Source: Lepidodermella squamata (lineage: Eukaryota > Animalia > Gastrotricha). From it: a DNA stretch of 13,879 nt. The stretch lies in assembly GCA_047495785.1 (NCBI GenBank), contig JBLDXI010000139.1, positions 1 to 13,879 on the forward strand, read 5' to 3'. Positions 8,752-13,879 of this stretch are shown here, piece after piece. Positions within the stretch are counted from its first letter, which is position 1. Every line of letters starts with the position of its first letter. The position numbers and the translations under genes were made by a program. The notes beneath the pieces were generated by a model that saw only the letters and a program-made list of their open reading frames with translations, was not told where the DNA came from and made no database searches.

Positions 8752-9714
8752 TTAGTTTGGCACGTAGTTGTAGACGAAGGCGGCTTTGGAGTACGGATTG
8801 AACGCGACCTGCGGCTGCAGAGAGGCGTTGAGTTCCTTCTTCTTTCGCTCGCTCTTCACCTTGATGATGGCGTCGTGTTTGGCCTGTTCGCGTAGGAATT
8901 CGAGCGTGGCTTGCCGGCACGCCTTTGTGGAAGCGGACAGCCTGATCTTCGCTGGCAGCTGGTTCCACCACTGGATGGCCTTGGTTGGGAACGAGCGCTG
9001 GCCTGTGGCGAGCTTGCACGATGGTTTGACGTACTTCCCGGTGGCGGCGCCTCGAGTGTTGTGGTCATGCTGTTGGTTCATCGGCTTGACTAGCGACGAG
9101 AGTGCCTCGGGGGTCTCAGGATCCCTGCTGCACTTCCACATGGTTGTAGCCAGGTGGACCAGTCGTTTGCCTTGCAGATTCACCCATCGCAATCGCACGA
9201 GAACTTCATCGGCGGGCACGTCAGGACTGACGTCGAGAACGGCACGAACGGCTTTGTTTTGCGCGTGTTGAAGTCGATCCAGCTGGGTCTTGCAGCCCTG
9301 ATCGATGACGGCGTCGCAGTAGTTGAACTTCGACCCGATGATGCCGTCGTACATCATTGTTCGAGTCTTCAGGTCGGTGTGCCGAGCCGCTTTACGTAGT
9401 GCGTAGGTACCACTTCTTGCGGCTTTGATCAGATGATCGACGTGCTTTTCCATGGTGAGCTTTGAGTCCAGATAGACTCCCAGGATCTTCACGTGGTCAA
9501 GTGGCGGCAGATCGACTTCACCGAATCGAATTTCTGGAGCAGAAGCCTGTTGGTTAGACAAAAACATATAATTAGATTTGTCCCGATTCACTTTAAGACA
9601 GTTGGCGTGTAACCAATCGCCGATACTGCGAAGGTCCGCCTCTAGCTTCGCCTTGACTTCTTCAGGCGTCTTCCCACGGGCCACGATCGTTGTGTCGTCG
9701 GCGAACAGCGATGC
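8752..9714 (-). pseudogene. C-terminal part of LINE ORF2 reverse transcriptase (no native start; endonuclease and RT N-terminus missing)
   Basis: 310-aa ORF 8752..9684 extended upstream to the FADD motif; in-frame TAG at 9735-9733 in flanking DNA. Confidence 0.88.
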
Positions 9715-9729
9715 GATGCTGTTTTTGCA

Positions 9730-9744
9730 TTTCTAGAACCTTCC
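9730..9744. promoter_or_regulatory. Heat-shock element (three perfect alternating nGAAn units)
   Basis: tTTCtaGAAccTTCc matches the HSF consensus and lies immediately beyond the LINE 5' end. Confidence 0.75.
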
Positions 9745-9745
9745 A

Positions 9746-9759
9746 TCACGTGACTCAGC
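9746..9759. promoter_or_regulatory. Overlapping E-box (TCACGTGA) and AP-1/ARE-like site (TGACTCAGC)
   Basis: CACGTG 9747-9752 and TGACTCA 9751-9757, directly adjacent to the HSE. Confidence 0.5.
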
Positions 9760-10148
9760 GACGCGTGCTAACAACGCCATTATCGTTAATAATCAAAATA
9801 CATTAACTCTTTATTTTAGCAACTTTTTAGGACCTTGAAATTATTTGCTGTCAAATACTACGCCGCGAATTTTGAAATCGCTCTCACACGTGCGGAGATT
9901 AGAAGTAATTTTATTTTACACCCCGTTTTGGCGGTGATAAGGTATTCCGGGGTAGCCCCATTGTATAGTATAGTGATTACATTGCCAGATTCACCTGATT
10001 ACAATTGCCAGAAATACCGCTGCTTCCAATTTTTTGGGCACTTCAGCAAGATGCTGCCAATCAGGTTTTTCAACCGAGGAACGGAAGGATTGGTTGAATT
10101 ATGGTTGAATAATTTTAATGTTAATCATTATTAGAATTATTAGAAAAA

Positions 10149-10544
10149 ATGAACATTGATATCAGCAGGTTTTTGGACGATGTTTGGCTGCCCAATCAGG
10201 ACATGAAAATTCCTACTGCAAAACCAATCGATAACCTCAGTCAAAAGCGCCAGCTTCAAGCAGCCTGCTTATTTTGTCTAGCCCAAAACATGGCAGATAT
10301 TGACGGTTATCAGTTCGAATCAGATGCGAAGAGTAGCCAATTATGGCAAGCCTGTGCGTCATTCCCAGAAGATTTGCTATCACTAATAGCTTATTACGAA
10401 ATGACCTATGCAGTATTGGCAGGTGAAAACAACGTTGATGTCCTTCAGCTAATCGAAAAAATTGCCCGACTGGGTCAGAAAATTGCCGATCCGAATATTT
10501 CCGACTCTGATCTTTCCGACGCGATTAGTTGTTGGATGAAATAA
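10149..10544 (+). CDS. Hypothetical protein (131 aa; may be the last exon of a spliced gene)
   Basis: ATG-initiated ORF with protein-like helical composition in AT-rich context. Possible acceptors ATTATTAG end at 10134 and 10143. No family recognised. Confidence 0.5.
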   Translation: MNIDISRFLDDVWLPNQDMKIPTAKPIDNLSQKRQLQAACLFCLAQNMADIDGYQFESDAKSSQLWQACASFPEDLLSLIAYYEMTYAVLAGENNVDVLQLIEKIARLGQKIADPNISDSDLSDAISCWMK

Positions 10545-10613
10545 TCATTTGTTATCGATTAATGTATGTTCAACTGATGTGCATTATTGCTTGTTTAGAG
10601 TATTGTTACTTAA

Positions 10614-12883
<2,270 letters not shown>

Positions 12884-13879
12884 GTAAATTCCCAAGCTTG
12901 ATTTCCAACCTGATTTTTGCTAAGTTTTCTCCCAAAATTCGATTTCTATTATTTTCGACGCAAGAAACCAATCGAATTGTAATTGGGTTCTGATTGAGAT
13001 GTCGCGATTTTTCTTTTGAAATATGGTCGAGCTTGTCCTGGCGTTTGAAAATCTTTGAATATAGATATTCGAAAATTTCACTGACTGTCAGTTTTATTTT
13101 CAGAATGTAGTTCGTTTATAGAACAGCGTGTTCTAAAACTTGGGCGATTTTTTTTAAATTCAACTATTTTCTAAATTGAACCCACCGAGAGAAAATTCCA
13201 ACGTTTATCCGCGGCAGAAACTGAAAATTTACCGGAGAAAACCTGGAAAACCCCGATGGTAACTGGTTCGTTAATTTTTGGTATTTTACCCGGTTGGACT
13301 AAAAATATCTCCGGATGTTGCTAATCCCATTGAGAAATCCCATACTTTATTCTCGTGATTTTTTTTTAATTTTCTACCTCGAGAAACTTCTAACCTCGAG
13401 CCCAATTCAATTTTATTAGCTAAAATAAATCCGCAAAAACAAAACCGAGCCACAAATTTGGCGCAAAGAAACGAAAAACATGTGAATCATGTCTGATTAT
13501 TGGAGCCAGCAGAACTTTGAACTTGAAATATGCAATTGAGTCTAAATTCAATTGAATAAATAAATATGCATCATACGACACCATACTTAAGCCACAGTCA
13601 AATCTAGCTGCAAAAACAAAATAAATCGACGTACAATTAAGCATGTTTTTAAAAGAAGCGCATAGTCTCTAGTTTTTCGATAATTCATAAATCGAATTAG
13701 ATAACACGTTTAGTTCCATACTCTAGTGGAAAAGCCCTTATATAATAGCCTCTATGATATCATGTAAATATTAACAAAGAAAAGAGGTAGAAAAAGGAAA
13801 AGCAGTAATTTAGAACAGTTAGAATCACGCGTAGAAAATATCGTTTGAGATTATCGTCACCTTGCTGATCGGCACGAAG

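Larger units (their letters stand above)
8315..9717 (-). mobile_element. 5'-truncated non-LTR retrotransposon (LINE, CR1/L2/Crack-like group)
   Basis: Frame reads ASLFADDTTIVARGK (FADD catalytic motif 9705-9694), then WLHANCLKVNRDKS, VKILGVYLDSKL and WWNQLP. It is followed by a 3' UTR of about 410 nt and a (TCCTGA)4 tail. The 5' boundary is approximate (9710-9720). Confidence 0.9.

Noticed and set aside
8428-9399. ORFs overlapping the LINE (8428..8634, 8645..9019, 8786..9271 and others)
   Set aside because: Shadow frames of the GC-rich RT sequence or its UTR.
9835-10134. 99-aa ORF starting at TTG
   Set aside because: No ATG start at 9835, no recognisable homology, and I could not build a consistent splice model joining it to 10149..10544.
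12884-13879. ORF 13420..13644 and possible repeats in the AT-rich tail
   Set aside because: Best explained as POLQ intron 4; no convincing exon, TIR or RNA gene found by eye.

Overview
Eukaryotic (intron-containing, probably animal) genomic DNA. Bases 1-6995 form a near-perfect giant inverted repeat in which position i pairs with 6996-i (arms 1-3325 and 3671-6995, spacer 345 bp). It puts two cytosolic Hsp70/Hsc70 copies tail-to-tail. The minus-strand copy is complete (3 exons, 655 aa, ends GPTIEEVD). The plus-strand copy is cut by the window edge and carries a 17-bp substituted patch with an in-frame TGA. Hsp70 intron 2 holds a good candidate box C/D snoRNA with a 12-nt antisense element to 18S rRNA. 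Each arm also carries a 620-bp TA-flanked MITE nested in a possible larger TIR element. A 5'-truncated CR1/L2-group LINE with a (TCCTGA)4 tail lies between the hsp70 TATA box and its apparent heat-shock element, separating them by about 1.4 kb. Divergently oriented are a small unknown ORF and the first four exons (helicase domain) of DNA polymerase theta (POLQ). All comparisons were made by eye, and a fold-back amplification or assembly artefact for the palindrome cannot be excluded.
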